The position numbers and the translations under genes were made by a program. A stretch of 64,000 nucleotides of DNA from Bernardetia sp. OM2101 (GTDB lineage: Bacteria; Bacteroidota; Bacteroidia; Cytophagales; Bernardetiaceae), in the NCBI RefSeq assembly GCF_042180575.1, contig NZ_CP170094.1:1848604-1912603 (forward strand), written 5' to 3'. Below are positions 1 to 9,936 of this stretch, piece by piece. Within the stretch, counting starts at the first letter, position 1, and each line of letters starts with the position of its first letter. The notes under the pieces were generated by a model. It saw only the letters and a list, made by a program, of their open reading frames with translations. It searched no databases and was not told where the DNA came from.

Positions 1-1272
1 ATTGATCTTCATTGAGTTGTCCTAATCTTGTATCTCTCAATAATCCTAAGCTCAAACGTGTTGCTGCTAAAGGAGTTTTTAATTCGTGTGAAATGGTTGC
101 TATAAAATGTGTTTTGGCAGCATCCATTTCTGTAAACTTTGTTACATTTTTGAGAAGTATAATCAATCCTGAAAGTTCTTCTGTCTCGGGAAGACTCATT
201 ACTTGCCTAGAAAAAAACAAATCTCGGTCTGCTGACGGAACTTTAATTGTTTTTTCGGCAAACAACTGTCCTTTTTCTATATCCATCAAATCAATCATCA
301 CATGATAAAGAATATCATTATTAACTAACAAATCTGGAATATACATATTGACAGCTTCTTCAGAAGACATATCAAGTAAAATCTCAGCTACTTGATTAAT
401 AAAAAGAATTTTATTTTGAGCACTTACACCAATAATTCCATCTTGAAGATGTTCAATGATTGTTTCTGTTCGTTTTTTCTCAATTAATATTTTTTCTAAA
501 TTAATATTTTCAAATTCAGCTATTTTATTAGACATTTTATTAAAAGAAATGGCTAGTCGTGCAAACTCATCTGTAGAACCTACATGCAGACGTTTCGTAT
601 AATTTTTATTACTCATTTCTTCCAAAGCTAAGTAAAGCTCATTCAAAGGCTTTGTCAAATAAACAGGAAAATAAAATATAAAACCCACCGTAATCAACAC
701 ACAAAACCCTCCGATAATAGCCATATAAAAGAGAGCTTCTTCAGTATTTTGTTGAACTAAGTCATTTTTCTTTATAACTTCATTTTGATTTATTTCTCTA
801 AGTTTGTCTAAATATTCTCTTACAGGTAAGAAGTTCAATCTTAATTTTGAATAATAAAGATTCATATCTGGGAGCTTAATAGAGCCATCTCGCCGTGTTT
901 CATCAAACTCTCTAATCAATTTTGAATACCCAGTAGAAAGAGAATCTAAATATTTTTTTTCCTCTTTACTATCAATAATTTCATCTAAAGAATCAATATA
1001 AACTCTTGTCAGAATATCAAACTTTTTATAACTTTCATAATTAAAATTTTGTTGAGCGACATAACGTATTTGAGAAGAAGAAACTACTTGAAAAGCATCT
1101 GTCAGATTTCGAATAAAAAAGAGAGTTTGATAATTTTCATGAAGAACTTTATCAGATGAATTAGAAAGGCGAGTCAAATAAAAAACAGCAACACCACTAA
1201 TAAGAATGATAATTCCTAACAAAAAAAGTAACCCTGTTGTGATACGTGTCCGAAGAGATGATTTGAATGCCA
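1..1272 (-). CDS. Sensor histidine kinase, N-terminal part; the gene continues past the window start. It has TM segments and a HAMP-like region, and the HisKA H-box IATISHELKTPL sits at the window edge.
   Basis: The minus-strand reading frame starts with ATG at 1270-1272 (MAFKSSLRTRITTGLLFLLGIIILISG...) and stays open to position 1. The H-box motif HELKTPL is translated from nt 1-60. It is absent from the ORF track because it has no stop in the window. Confidence 0.8.
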
Positions 1273-1661
1273 TGTTTGAAAACAGATAAGAAAAAATGTA
1301 TCTGAAAATTGAGTAGTTGGTTAGACTATTTTTTCAAAGTCAATTATAAATCAATTATATTTATAGGTAATTCTATCAAATATACAATAAAAAGAAAGTG
1401 TTTTACAAAAAAAATATTTATTCTTTCCTCTCTGAAAACGTATTGCCTCACAAACTTGTTTTGAAAAATTCGAAATAGCTCCAAAAATATCTGATTCATG
1501 TTCTATTTTTTTGTCATAACTTCTTTAGAATACAAATTTGATTAAAATTAGGTTACTCAAACTCTCTAAAAATTGTTACTTTTGCATATTCATAAGTAAT
1601 AGCAATCTGATACTAATTTGTTTTTCAACTCGTCTCAATTATTTATTCGCCTAACAAAAAT

Positions 1662-3890
1662 ATGGAAATCACGACAACCGAAACAGCACAAAAACTTGGA
1701 CTTACAGCAGAAGAATTTACCAAAATTGAAGAAATACTCGGCAGAACTCCCAATTTTACTGAATTAAGTATTTTTTCTGTTATGTGGTCAGAACATTGTT
1801 CTTACAAAAACTCTATTGTTTGGCTCAAAACACTTCCCAAAAAATCAGATAGAATGCTCGTAGAAGCAGGAGAAGAAAATGCAGGTTTAGTAGATATTGG
1901 AGATGGTTTGGCATGTAGTTTTAAAATAGAATCGCATAATCATCCGTCTGCCTTAGAGCCGTATCAAGGAGCTGCAACAGGTGTAGGAGGAATAAATAGA
2001 GATATTTTTACGATGGGTGCAAGACCTATTGCTCAACTCAATTCACTTCGTTTTGGCAAAATTAGCTCTCCAAAAACACAATGGCTAGTTCGTGGTGTAG
2101 TCAAAGGAATTGGAGATTATGGAAATGCCTTTGGAATCCCAACAGTAGGAGGAGAGGTTTATTTTGATGAATGTTATAATGTAAATCCATTAGTAAATGC
2201 TTTTTCAGCAGGAATTGTAGAAACTGATAAAATTGCTTCTGCTATTTCGTTTGGCGTAGGAAATCCTGTTTATATTGTAGGTTCTGCAACAGGAAAAGAC
2301 GGAATTCATGGAGCTTCATTTGCCTCAAAAGACATTTCAGATGATTCGATAAAAGACCTTCCAGCCGTACAAGTAGGCGACCCTTTCCAAGAAAAATTGC
2401 TTTTAGAGGCAACTTTAGAAGCCATTGCAACAGGACATTTGATAGGAATTCAAGACATGGGAGCAGCAGGAATTACTTGCTCAACTTCCGAAATGAGTGC
2501 AAAAGGAGAACACGGAATGAAAATCTATTTGGATAAAGTTCCGACAAGACAAAAAAATATGCAGCCTTTTGAGATTCTTTTATCAGAATCACAAGAACGT
2601 ATGCTTATTGTTATTAAGAAAGGAAAAGAAGCCGAGTTACAAGCTATTTTTGATAAATGGGATTTGAATTGCGCTCAAATTGGAGTAGTTACAGACACCA
2701 AAAGACTAGAGTTTTATGTAAATGATGAATTAGTGGCTGATGTTCCTGCCGATGATTTGGTTTTGGGAGGTGGCGCACCAGTTTATAATAGAGAATATAC
2801 AGAACCTGCTTATTTTAGTGAATTCCAACAGTTTCAGATTGATGAAATAGAAGAACCAGAAGATGAAAAACTCCCTGAAATTGCTAAATTTTTAATTGGA
2901 CATCCAAATATTGCTTCTCGTCGTTGGATTTCAGAACAGTACGATTCGATGGTCGGAACGGCAAATACTTCTACAAACCAACCTTCTGATGCAGCGATTG
3001 TAAATGTAAAAGGAACAAATAAAAATATTGTTATTTCGGTAGATTGTAATTCTCGTTATGTCAATGCAGACCCAGAAAAAGGAACTATGATTGCCGTTTC
3101 AGAAGCTGCCAGAAATATTGTTTGTAGTGGTGGAGAGCCTGTTGCGATTACAAACTGCTTGAACTTTGGAAATCCATATATTCCAGAAGTATATTGGCAT
3201 TTTGTAGGAGCAATAAAAGGAATGAAAGCAGCTTGTGAAGTTTTCAAAACGCCTGTAACAGGTGGAAATGTGAGTTTTTATAATCAATCTTCGGATGAAG
3301 GTCCTGTTTTTCCTACTCCGACAATCGGAATGTTAGGTCTTTTGGAAGATATTAAGCTCAAAATGACGTTAGATTTTAAAAATGAAGGCGATATTATTTA
3401 TCAAGTTGGTAAATCAAGAAATGATATTTCTTCGTCGGAATATTTGTATTCGTATCATAAGTACAAAGCCTCTCCTGCTCCTTTTATTGACTTAGAAGAA
3501 GAATCAAAACTTCAAAAAACGATTTTAGAACTTATCAAAAACAAACTTATTGTTTCTGCTCATGACGTTTCAGATGGTGGACTTTTCGTAACACTTACAG
3601 AATCAGCAATGGCAGCCAGTAAAGATTTAGGTTTTTCTGTCAAGACGACTTCTCACAAAGTGCGTAAAGATGCTTTTTGGTTTGGAGAAAGTCAGAGTAG
3701 AGTTGTTGTTTCTGTTTCTAAAGATAAGAAAGAAGAATTTGAAGCATTACTCAAAATTCAAAATGTAGATTTTTCAGAGCTTGGAAGCGTGGTTTCTGAA
3801 AAAGTTTGTCAAGTAGATGGAACTATTTGGCTTTCAGTTGATGATGCAAAAGAAGAGTTTGAAGCTACTTTGCCGAAGTATTTGAACTAA
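1662..3890 (+). CDS. purL: Phosphoribosylformylglycinamidine synthase subunit PurL
   Basis: 742 aa. The N-terminus [19 protein letters not shown]...[13 protein letters not shown] and the AIR-synthase-like repeats are typical of small-form PurL. Confidence 0.93.
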   Translation: MEITTTETAQKLGLTAEEFTKIEEILGRTPNFTELSIFSVMWSEHCSYKNSIVWLKTLPKKSDRMLVEAGEENAGLVDIGDGLACSFKIESHNHPSALEPYQGAATGVGGINRDIFTMGARPIAQLNSLRFGKISSPKTQWLVRGVVKGIGDYGNAFGIPTVGGEVYFDECYNVNPLVNAFSAGIVETDKIASAISFGVGNPVYIVGSATGKDGIHGASFASKDISDDSIKDLPAVQVGDPFQEKLLLEATLEAIATGHLIGIQDMGAAGITCSTSEMSAKGEHGMKIYLDKVPTRQKNMQPFEILLSESQERMLIVIKKGKEAELQAIFDKWDLNCAQIGVVTDTKRLEFYVNDELVADVPADDLVLGGGAPVYNREYTEPAYFSEFQQFQIDEIEEPEDEKLPEIAKFLIGHPNIASRRWISEQYDSMVGTANTSTNQPSDAAIVNVKGTNKNIVISVDCNSRYVNADPEKGTMIAVSEAARNIVCSGGEPVAITNCLNFGNPYIPEVYWHFVGAIKGMKAACEVFKTPVTGGNVSFYNQSSDEGPVFPTPTIGMLGLLEDIKLKMTLDFKNEGDIIYQVGKSRNDISSSEYLYSYHKYKASPAPFIDLEEESKLQKTILELIKNKLIVSAHDVSDGGLFVTLTESAMAASKDLGFSVKTTSHKVRKDAFWFGESQSRVVVSVSKDKKEEFEALLKIQNVDFSELGSVVSEKVCQVDGTIWLSVDDAKEEFEATLPKYLN

Positions 3891-3970
3891 ATATTTGAAC
3901 TTATTGGTTAATGATCTTTATGATGAATATAAATGAAAATTACCTTTTTTGATAAAATAATTTTGAAGTA

Positions 3971-4011
3971 AAAAGGATATGGAATTTTTTTATGATTCTG
4001 TATCCTTTTTG
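3971..4011 (+). terminator. Rho-independent terminator hairpin after purL (copy 1 of a thrice-repeated terminator sequence)
   Basis: AAAAGGATATGGAATTTTTTTATGATTCTGTATCCTTTTT: an imperfect stem with G:U pairs followed by a T-run. Confidence 0.55.
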
Positions 4012-4110
4012 TTTTATATTAATTTCTTAGATTTGTGTATTCATTGCTAGTCAAAATAATAATAAATCTAAAATTTAACAAGTGTAAGATTTACTGAAAA
4101 ATAAAAAATA

Positions 4111-4674
4111 ATGAAAAAAGTATATCTAACATCATTTTTGGCATTACTGATTACAATACTCTATTTTGGTTTTATTGTACCTTATTACCATTCTAAATAT
4201 GACTGTAATTACACTGCCCCATTGGGAACGTCTAGTATGCCTGATAAGTCTAGGATGGAATATAAATCTAATAAATTACAAGACTCTATTACCAACATAA
4301 TTCTTGCAGAAAATGAAATAATATTGGATAGTTTAATAGAAAAGAGTAAAAATCAAAGCTATACCACTACAATGCTTGTTTCATCTTTTCAAATAGAAAC
4401 AACAATAATCAGTCTTTCGAATTATATAGTGAAGGAAAGTCTAAAATTTGTTAGAAAAGACAAAAATATATCTGTATTTAAGACTGACTTCTATCTTTGT
4501 ACTGCAATTACTAAATATAATTCTTTCTATCCTTTTGGAGATCATTGTAAAATTTACACAGTAAAAATAAATGGATTAATGTACACCGAATTGAATCCTA
4601 GACTAATATTGAATGTTTATAAAGGACTTGATTTAGAATATACTGATGATAATATAGGTTTAGAAAACTATTAA
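4111..4674 (+). CDS. Hypothetical membrane-anchored protein
   Basis: 187 aa ORF with an N-terminal hydrophobic helix (LTSFLALLITILYFGFIV). It lies 10 bp upstream of the GNAT gene. Confidence 0.45.
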   Translation: MKKVYLTSFLALLITILYFGFIVPYYHSKYDCNYTAPLGTSSMPDKSRMEYKSNKLQDSITNIILAENEIILDSLIEKSKNQSYTTTMLVSSFQIETTIISLSNYIVKESLKFVRKDKNISVFKTDFYLCTAITKYNSFYPFGDHCKIYTVKINGLMYTELNPRLILNVYKGLDLEYTDDNIGLENY

Positions 4675-4684
4675 AAAGCCACTT

Positions 4685-5149
4685 ATGAACTTCAGAAAAG
4701 CCACAAAAGAAGACGTTTCAAAAATTGTAGAAATGATTGCTGATGATGAACTGGGACAAAAAAGAGAAAATTTTCAAAACCCATTACCACAAGAATATAT
4801 AAAGGCTTTTGAAGAAATAAATGCTGATAAAAATCAAGAATTGATTGTTGTTGAAGATGAAGGTGCTGATAAAAATACTGAAATTATAGGAACTTTACAA
4901 CTCTCATTTATTCAATATCTGACTTATCGGGGGGGAATTAGAGCGCAAATAGAAGCCGTCAGAATTAGAAAAGATAAAAGAGGATTAGGAATTGGAAAAG
5001 CGATGTTTGAATGGGCTATAAACAGAGCAAAACAGCGAAATGCACACGTATTACAATTAACAACAGATAAAAAAAGACCACAAGCCATTAAATTTTATGA
5101 AGACTTAGGATTCAAATCAACTCATGAAGGAATGAAAATGCACTTTTAG
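4685..5149 (+). CDS. GNAT family N-acetyltransferase
   Basis: 154 aa with an acetyl-CoA binding motif region (RGLGIGKAMFEWAINRAKQRNAHVLQLTT...IKFYEDLGF). Confidence 0.85.
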   Translation: MNFRKATKEDVSKIVEMIADDELGQKRENFQNPLPQEYIKAFEEINADKNQELIVVEDEGADKNTEIIGTLQLSFIQYLTYRGGIRAQIEAVRIRKDKRGLGIGKAMFEWAINRAKQRNAHVLQLTTDKKRPQAIKFYEDLGFKSTHEGMKMHF

Positions 5150-5150
5150 T

Positions 5151-5193
5151 AAAAAAGGATATAGAATTTTTTATAATTCTGTGTCCTTTTTTT
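5151..5193 (+). terminator. Terminator hairpin after the GNAT gene (copy 2 of the repeated terminator)
   Basis: AAAAAAGGATATAGAATTTTTTATAATTCTGTGTCCTTTTTTT. Confidence 0.55.
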
Positions 5194-5240
5194 GAATAAT
5201 TATGTAAATTTAGATAAGATAAAAATGTCTAAACCTTTTC

Positions 5241-6023
5241 TTGATGAAAAAACTATTTTTTGTACTGCTATTGATTTGTAAACTATCTATTTCTTTTGGA
5301 CAATCCAAGGCAGGTTCTATTTGTAAGGAAAAGCATTTTCAAGTTTCGATAGGCATAAATCAAATAAAAGAAAATAATCTCCACCCAAAAGTTCATACAG
5401 GAATTGGATATGAATTGAATTATGGTTTTACGAGAATAAATAAGAATCTTTCTTCTTTTCAAACAAATTTTCTTTATTCTAAAGTCAAGACCGTTTTTGA
5501 AAATCATCCCTCTTCAATAAATTTACACTTCAAATTGAATTATGAGTATTCATTTCTGATACAAAAAACGAATAATTATACTTTTTATAGTGGGATAGCA
5601 ACAGGACTAAATTATGCCATTTCTCATTATCCAAATTGGGATGATAGTCATTTGTATTGGGCAAATTTTATTGATTTGAAGTTTTCTAATAGACTTTATT
5701 ATCAACTTTCTAATGATGATTCTTTTATAGTTTGTCTTCAATTACCCATTCTATTTTTGGTGATCCGTCCAGAAGTAGATAGACAATATAAAATCGATGA
5801 TTTATCTTTTGAAGGATTGATTACTAATTTTCATGCTAATCCTCAACTTGGAACTTGGAATAAGAACAGAGCTATACAATCTAGTTTAGAGTACAAACCA
5901 AAAAGTAAGGCTAAATTTAAAACAGGGTTTCTGTATCAGTTTAGTTATACAAAATTAGATACTTCAAAAAGCAATTCCTTTTCTACTATTCAACATCTTC
6001 TCGGTCTGAAATTATACTTATGA
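5241..6023 (+). CDS. Hypothetical secreted or outer-membrane protein
   Basis: 260 aa with a signal peptide (MMKKLFFVLLLICKLSISFG). It is Tyr/Asn-rich with amphipathic beta-like segments and overlaps the next gene by 4 bp (ATGA). Confidence 0.5.
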   Translation: MMKKLFFVLLLICKLSISFGQSKAGSICKEKHFQVSIGINQIKENNLHPKVHTGIGYELNYGFTRINKNLSSFQTNFLYSKVKTVFENHPSSINLHFKLNYEYSFLIQKTNNYTFYSGIATGLNYAISHYPNWDDSHLYWANFIDLKFSNRLYYQLSNDDSFIVCLQLPILFLVIRPEVDRQYKIDDLSFEGLITNFHANPQLGTWNKNRAIQSSLEYKPKSKAKFKTGFLYQFSYTKLDTSKSNSFSTIQHLLGLKLYL

Positions 6024-7087
6024 AAAAATATATTTGTGTTTGCTGTATTTTATTTTTGTTTGTTTCTTGTTTGGCAGATGAACCTTTCAAATTGAATTAT
6101 ACTGGATTTGAGCCTATTCAAAACTATGATGATTGGATAATTTCTACACCTCAAGAAGAAGAAATAAATACCGAATTATTGAATAAAGCCTATCAATTAG
6201 TTTATGAAGATGAGCGTTTTAAAATGGCAAAAAGTCTTCTTGTTTTTAGAAATGGAAAGTTGGTAGCAGAAGCCTATCCCAATGATAAAAATGATATTAA
6301 TAAATTGGCAAATATTCAATCTTGCACCAAATCTGTAACTTCTATTTTGACAGGAATTGCTATTCAAGATAGTCTTATAGATTCAATAGATGAAAAACTG
6401 TATGCTATCTATCCGACTTATTTTGATGAAGATACAGACAAAAGAGATATAACAATTTCGGATGCTTTAACCATGCGAACAGGTCTTGAGTTTGATAATA
6501 GCAAGCATACACTAGATTTATACAGGACTTCGAAGAACTCTATAAAACATGTTCTTTCCTTCAAAAAAGAATATCCAGCAGGTTTGGTTATGAATTATAA
6601 CGATGGCGCACCTCAGTTGATTTCGAAAGTTATTGAAACAAAAAGCAATAAAAACTTAGAGCAATACGCAGCAGAAAAACTATTTTCAAAGCTCAATATT
6701 ACAAAATGGAAATGGGAAAAAGCCAAAGATGGAACAACATTTGGCGCATTTAGTTTATTTTTAAAACCAAGAGATTTGGGTAAACTAGGACAGTTATTAC
6801 TACAAAATGGAAAGTGGAATACTAAGCAACTCATAGATAGCACTTATCTCAAAAATGCAACAACTACACAAGTTTCGGCTAACAGCCATAATGAACCCTA
6901 TGGATATTATTTTTGGATTTTACCTGCTTGGAATGCGTATTATGCAGACGGACATGGAGGACAGTTTGTATTAGTTGTGCCAAATAAAAATTTAGTGATT
7001 GTTTATACAGCATGGGGATATACAAATCAAATCTTTTGGGATAAAAGTAATGAACTAATGACACTGTTGATAAGTAGTTGTAATTAA
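6020..7087 (+). CDS. Serine hydrolase of the beta-lactamase (class C / PBP4-like) family, lipoprotein
   Basis: 355 aa with a lipoprotein signal (FLFVSCLAD). It has the S-x-x-K active-site motif SCTKS and a YAxxN-like region. Confidence 0.8.
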   Translation: MKKYICVCCILFLFVSCLADEPFKLNYTGFEPIQNYDDWIISTPQEEEINTELLNKAYQLVYEDERFKMAKSLLVFRNGKLVAEAYPNDKNDINKLANIQSCTKSVTSILTGIAIQDSLIDSIDEKLYAIYPTYFDEDTDKRDITISDALTMRTGLEFDNSKHTLDLYRTSKNSIKHVLSFKKEYPAGLVMNYNDGAPQLISKVIETKSNKNLEQYAAEKLFSKLNITKWKWEKAKDGTTFGAFSLFLKPRDLGKLGQLLLQNGKWNTKQLIDSTYLKNATTTQVSANSHNEPYGYYFWILPAWNAYYADGHGGQFVLVVPNKNLVIVYTAWGYTNQIFWDKSNELMTLLISSCN

Positions 7088-7088
7088 A

Positions 7089-7187
7089 CTTTATGAAGAC
7101 TTGGGATTCAAATCAACTCACGAAGGAATGAAAATACATTTTTATTAAAAAGAATATGAGTTTTTTTATAACTCTGTATCCTTTTTT
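7089..7187 (+). repeat. About 90%-identical duplicate of the GNAT gene 3-prime end (last roughly 19 codons) plus its terminator (terminator copy 3)
   Basis: 7089-7187 aligns to 5089-5193. Compare TTATGAAGACTTGGGATTCAAATCAACTCACGAAGGAATGAAAATACATTTT with TTATGAAGACTTAGGATTCAAATCAACTCATGAAGGAATGAAAATGCACTTT. A terminator hairpin variant follows. Confidence 0.8.
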
Positions 7188-7191
7188 ATTC

Positions 7192-7249
7192 CCTCCTCAA
7201 TGACGTTTGTAAACTCATTGAGGCTCAAATGAAGTCGTCAGTCAATGAG
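7192..7249 (-). repeat. Palindromic GTTGACGAC/CTCAATGAG-type repeat element (E1), related to the element at 60609-60691
   Basis: The reverse complement ...CATTGACTGACGACTTCATTTGAGCCTCAATGAG... matches 60611-60645, CGTTGACGACTTCATTTGAGTCTCAACGACGG. Confidence 0.6.
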
Positions 7250-7258
7250 ATTTATAAT

Positions 7259-9790
7259 CTAAAAAGGAGGTTCATCATCAAAATCTACTGATTTTTTATT
7301 CTTCAAGTCATCATCAATCGGATTCATATTATTTCCTTTGCTTTGAAGTGTCGTAAAGCCATCATCTATTGGAGGCATAGAAGAAAGGTTGTCATTTGCA
7401 TTCGGAAAACCACTATCATAGCCTGTATTTCCAGGTGAAAAAGCTCCTTCATCTATATCTTGGAACTTCGTGTATTTACCTACAAACTGTAAAACAACCG
7501 TTTCCAAACTACCATGACGGTTTTTAGCGATGATTACTTCGGCTGTTCCCTGTGTAGGATTTCCCATTTCATCCTGTGTAATTTCATAATATTCTGGGCG
7601 ATAAAGGAAAATTACCATATCAGCATCTTGCTCAATGGAACCCGATTCTCTCAAATCGGAAAGCATTGGTTTTTTATCTCCTCCACGAGTTTCTACGGCA
7701 CGAGAAAGCTGAGAAAGTGCCATTACAGGGACATCCAATTCTTTAGCAAGTTGTTTTAAAGCTCTTGAAATACCTGCAATTTCTTGTTCACGGTTTCCTC
7801 CTCCTTTTCCTGCATCTCCAGACATAAGTTGCAAATAATCAATGACAATCATATCCAAATTATGCTGTGATTTTAGTCTTCTTGCTTTTGCACGAAGTTC
7901 TAGCATGGTAATGGCTGGCGTATCATCAATAAAAATTTTGGAAGCTGAAAGTTGTGTAGTTCTGTGAATAAGTTGCGCCCATTCGTGGTCTGCAATGCTT
8001 CCATTACGTAATTTCTGACTTTCCACTTCTGCTTCTGAGGACATCATACGAGTAAGTAGCTGCTCGGCTGACATCTCCAATGAAAAAATAGCTACACAAT
8101 GGTCGTATTTTACGGCTGCATTTGCCAAGGCTGAAAGAACGAAAGCTGTATTGTGAGTAAGCGTAAAATCATCCGTTACATACAAACTATCAGCACTATC
8201 AATTTTGATACAAGCAGCTTCTTTATTTCCAATAAAATCTATTTTGGTAATGTATTTGAAAAGTGGCGAAAGACTGTTGTTTGTAGTTGTGTGTGTTCCT
8301 GTTTCTAAGTCAGAAAGGCTTGCAGGTAATTCGAATTCTAGCTGAAAAAGGACTTCTCCTTTTTGATTTTTATTTTCTGTGCAAAACACAATTCCTCCCA
8401 ACGAACGAATCAAAAACATAAAATCATCTTTCATACGAGAAGAATCCGTTTGATACTTTCCTCGTATTTCGTTGTGAGCATCTTTAGCCAAGCGTCCCGA
8501 AAAAGCCATCATTCCCTCTAAAAGTTCGGTACGTTGTCTTACACTTGACCATAAATATTCTTGAGGAATAAATGGCTCTTCTGCAAAATTAACCATTTGT
8601 TTACCAAAAGCATGTTGTAGCTTTTGGTATGTTTCTGCCATTCTTTCGCTGGTTTTGAAGGAATTTTTATCAGCCAAAAGACTTGTTTGACCTTGATTAG
8701 ATACAAAAAGACCTACCAAATATCCACTTAAAGGTAATTTTTTTTCGTCCCATTGAATCGGCATAACCATTGGAATATAATGGTTGGGTTTGCCTGTTCC
8801 TGTACGAAGTGTATTTTTTATTTGAGCTAAAGAACGAACAGCTAATTTATTTTCAGATTGTTGAAAAGTAATCCATAAATGCTCCTCACAACATTCTGTA
8901 CTTGTTCCATCTTCAAAACTAACTTTATAAATTGATTTTTTGCCTTGTGGAAAAACGTCTTTTATCTTATAAAACCTCCCATCACTTCCTGCTACTAAAT
9001 CATCTTTTTGGACTTCTCCCATCATCTTCCAACCTGTTGGAGAAAGTAATTTTGCATCTAAAGGTTGTGCCTTTCCCATACCAGGGCGAGCTGCTAAGAT
9101 AATCAAATCCGAACGCTGCCAACCTGCTGTTATTCTATCCAAAGCCGTAAAACCACTCTGAATACCTGTAATTCCTGTTTTATTTTTTCGTTTTTCTTCT
9201 AAATCCTTGAGTGTGTTCAAATACACGGAAGCCATATCAGAGGTTCTTTTTCTGACATTATCTTCTGTAATTTCGAAAAGTTCGCTCTGTGTTTCATCTA
9301 AAAGTTCAAAAGCATCTGTTGTATCTTCAAAGGCATTTTGACGAACCGTCGAAGCGACACCAATCATTTTTCTTTTGATGGCACGTTCTACAATTTCATG
9401 AGCGTGATAAACTACATTTGAGGAAGAGCTTACTTCAGTAGTGAGTCGAACAAGAGAATATGCACCTCCAACAATCTCTAAATTTCCATTTTTTTCTAAT
9501 TGAGTACGAACAGTCAGCAGGTCAATCGGAGAACCTTTTGCAGAAAGTTCCAACATCGCTTGATAGATAAGTTGATGAGCATCTTTATAAAAACTATCTG
9601 CCTTCAAAATATCGACTACATCTTCAAAAGCCTTTCTTTCTAACAAAAGCGCCCCCAAAATAGCCTCTTCCAAAGGAATGGATTGAGGTGGAAGTTTGCC
9701 CATTTCATTCGATAAATCAGAAGCAAAGTTGTTTTGCTTTTTTTTATTGAAAGAACCTTTTTTAGAAAAATTATTGGTTTTGTTATCCAT
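7259..9790 (-). CDS. dnaB: Replicative DNA helicase DnaB with an intein inserted in the Walker A P-loop
   Basis: 843 aa. It has a DnaB N-terminal domain, and the P-loop ILAARPGMGK is interrupted before TAFVLSALANAAV...SLEMSAEQL...IDYLQLM...SQLSR...DLRESGSIEQDAD. The extein is about 536 aa without the insert. Confidence 0.9.
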   Translation of the reverse strand: MDNKTNNFSKKGSFNKKKQNNFASDLSNEMGKLPPQSIPLEEAILGALLLERKAFEDVVDILKADSFYKDAHQLIYQAMLELSAKGSPIDLLTVRTQLEKNGNLEIVGGAYSLVRLTTEVSSSSNVVYHAHEIVERAIKRKMIGVASTVRQNAFEDTTDAFELLDETQSELFEITEDNVRKRTSDMASVYLNTLKDLEEKRKNKTGITGIQSGFTALDRITAGWQRSDLIILAARPGMGKAQPLDAKLLSPTGWKMMGEVQKDDLVAGSDGRFYKIKDVFPQGKKSIYKVSFEDGTSTECCEEHLWITFQQSENKLAVRSLAQIKNTLRTGTGKPNHYIPMVMPIQWDEKKLPLSGYLVGLFVSNQGQTSLLADKNSFKTSERMAETYQKLQHAFGKQMVNFAEEPFIPQEYLWSSVRQRTELLEGMMAFSGRLAKDAHNEIRGKYQTDSSRMKDDFMFLIRSLGGIVFCTENKNQKGEVLFQLEFELPASLSDLETGTHTTTNNSLSPLFKYITKIDFIGNKEAACIKIDSADSLYVTDDFTLTHNTAFVLSALANAAVKYDHCVAIFSLEMSAEQLLTRMMSSEAEVESQKLRNGSIADHEWAQLIHRTTQLSASKIFIDDTPAITMLELRAKARRLKSQHNLDMIVIDYLQLMSGDAGKGGGNREQEIAGISRALKQLAKELDVPVMALSQLSRAVETRGGDKKPMLSDLRESGSIEQDADMVIFLYRPEYYEITQDEMGNPTQGTAEVIIAKNRHGSLETVVLQFVGKYTKFQDIDEGAFSPGNTGYDSGFPNANDNLSSMPPIDDGFTTLQSKGNNMNPIDDDLKNKKSVDFDDEPPF
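8150..9070 (-). other. DnaB intein (about 307 aa) with Ala1, a block-B Trp (CEEHLW), a block-F Cys and a C-terminal THN followed by +1 Thr. This suggests a class-3 intein; the LAGLIDADG-like motifs are degenerate.
   Basis: The insert runs from aa 241 (AQPLDAK...) to aa 547 (...DFTLTHN). The flanks GMGK|TAFVL reconstitute the canonical DnaB P-loop GMGKT. Confidence 0.75.
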
Positions 9791-9884
9791 TTTTTTGAAG
9801 ATGTATCTTTTATTAAACTCTATTTAAACTACTCACACTCTAAAGAGTATGCTACATTTTTTTTGGAAGTGTTTTTATACAAAT

Positions 9885-9915
9885 TTACTAAAAATAATAG
9901 CATAAACTAAAAAAA
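9885..9915 (-). promoter_or_regulatory. Conserved promoter-associated motif, copy 1, upstream of dnaB
   Basis: The minus strand reads TTTTTAGTTTATGCTATTATTTTTAGTAAATTTG. It contains a Bacteroidetes -7-like element TAAATTTG (TAnnTTTG). Confidence 0.5.
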
Positions 9916-9936
9916 TAGATTTTCATTTCTAAAGTT

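Noticed and set aside
12-305. 97-aa plus-strand ORF at the window start
   Set aside because: It lies antisense inside the well-supported minus-strand histidine kinase reading frame (H-box HELKTPL translated from nt 1-60). It is a spurious ORF of the AT-rich sequence.
7514-7759. Multiple 60-95 aa antisense ORFs inside long genes (for example 7514-7759, 2242-2430, 3056-3287, 22751-22960, 23496-23994, 44268-44912, 47456-48697, 59770-60510)
   Set aside because: They are fully embedded antisense to strongly supported genes (dnaB, purL, the sensor phosphatase, the T9SS protein, the flavin reductase and others). They are typical shadow ORFs of AT-rich DNA.
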